Below are positions 62,657 through 64,000 of a stretch of 64,000 nucleotides of DNA, in pieces. The stretch covers positions 18,974,001 through 19,038,000 of the forward strand of contig NC_086118.1 in assembly GCF_963921235.1 (NCBI RefSeq). Reading direction: 5' to 3'. Under the pieces are notes generated by a model. It saw only the letters and a list, made by a program, of their open reading frames with translations. It was not told the DNA's origin and searched no databases. The position numbers were made by a program, and so were the translations under genes. How positions within the stretch are numbered: the stretch's first letter is position 1; every line of letters begins with the position of its first letter. This DNA comes from Mobula hypostoma. Its lineage: Eukaryota.

Positions 62657-64000
62657 CCATTTACATTCCTTATTTAAACAGATGGAAAGCCTTGAATGCT
62701 GACTACATTCTAGACCATTACACCTTCACCAATGAGACTTCTGTAAAGCAAGCTACAGTGCTTTCATAAAACTACAGTTAAAGGTTGTCATTAACTCAAA
62801 GAAGTTAAGATCAGTATGATGTATACTTCCTTGTAGATTAATTTAGCATGAGAATAGCCTCTGAAAATGGCTAATAATTATATCTATAATACATTTATAA
62901 TAAAACAGTTGTACCAGCCAGCCCTCCGTACTGAGCAATAATTGTTAGTTTGAATGTACGAAGAGGTCATGATATTTCTACAGCCAAGAATTAGCCCCCA
63001 TAACTCTGAGTAATAAGTCTGTCATCTTGATACAGCTGAGTGAAATTTGGTTACAAATTAGAATCTTGGTTATGCAAATTCTATATTTTGGAATTGTTTC
63101 AACAAATATTTACTTATAAATATTTAATGCAGGCAGCCATAGGCTGAAAGTCATTGAAGTCATCAAGCTGGAGGCATATTCCTGTACATCTTATTCTTTT
63201 CTGTCTAGAAAAAAAGTCATTATTTTTGGACAGCACTGAGTTTCATAATATTATATCAATTTGCAGGTATAAAACACACGCTTCCTTTGAATTCTCTAGA
63301 TGAATCACATTCATAATACTTCTTCAAAATAGAATTTGAGATATTACAGCTAATCAGATAACAGTTTCTTCATAATTCCCAAAGTGAGAGAGATTGCCAT
63401 TCACAAACCTGTCCAGTAATTGCCAAATTGTATTTTAATGTACTTAGTTATTTTAATTTTCAATGTTTGCCATTAATAAATGGGTACTTTGGTAAAACAT
63501 GACCTTTCAAGTTACTGCGAACTGAACAGCCATGTTGCTAAGTTGCAGATCTTGCACAAATCTCCAAGGATCATTCTTAGATAATCCCACACAAAACAAT
63601 TGACCAGAGGGGGAAAGAATTTTTGTTTCTTAGCCTCCTACAAGGTAACAGTAAGGTTTGTCATAAAGAAGGCATTTGAATCTGCAGGCAAAGAAATGAG
63701 AAATATGGAAAGTTATTAATAATCCATTATGCAAACTTGATCCCATCAAAAGTGAAGCAAAATGCAATAAAGGAGTAATATCATTACATTTATAATGATG
63801 AGGTTTTATAATACCACTGCAAAGCCAATTATTGAGCAGTGGGGACAACTTGTAGCACAAACTGAACTCTAATTGTTAGAAATGAAAAAAATGAAATTAA
63901 TTTATTCAAAATTAAGTTTCAAATAAAATAATTTTGTTGGTGTGCCGTCAGATGCGTAATCCAAATAAGTGTTTTAATTAGAAACCATGTATTTCATTGT

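Noticed and set aside
1..64000. CRISPR array or prokaryotic defence/operon system
   Set aside because: No repeat-spacer arrays or bacterial gene structure. All RT-like ORFs are eukaryotic retroelements.

Overview
Eukaryotic vertebrate DNA, most likely a cartilaginous fish (ray or shark), judged from its CR1, Rex1/Babar, RTE, Penelope and tRNA-SINE repeats. The only host coding sequence I can support is the first coding exon of a minus-strand SHISA6-type (CKAMP family) gene at 32815-33374, in a CpG-rich region with a probable promoter, a non-coding leader exon and uORFs. Positions 1-32814 are probably all intron (I could not find exon 2) and positions above ~34450 are upstream flank. The rest is mostly decayed, often nested transposons. 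The most striking object is a Gypsy-type LTR element at 18258-23974 with paired ~235-bp LTRs, a perfect AATGT target-site duplication, gag, a zinc knuckle and a protease. Its RT/RNase H/integrase region is replaced by an apparently spliced, same-sense fragment of the host splicing-factor gene RBM25 (RRM domain), joined in frame to the pol tail. Other points: a Chapaev3 transposon with TTA TSD, hammerhead-like cores in Penelope-derived repeats, and a possibly locally templated filler at an RTE junction. Protein family assignments come from my recall of the families, not database searches, and ends of old repeats are approximate.
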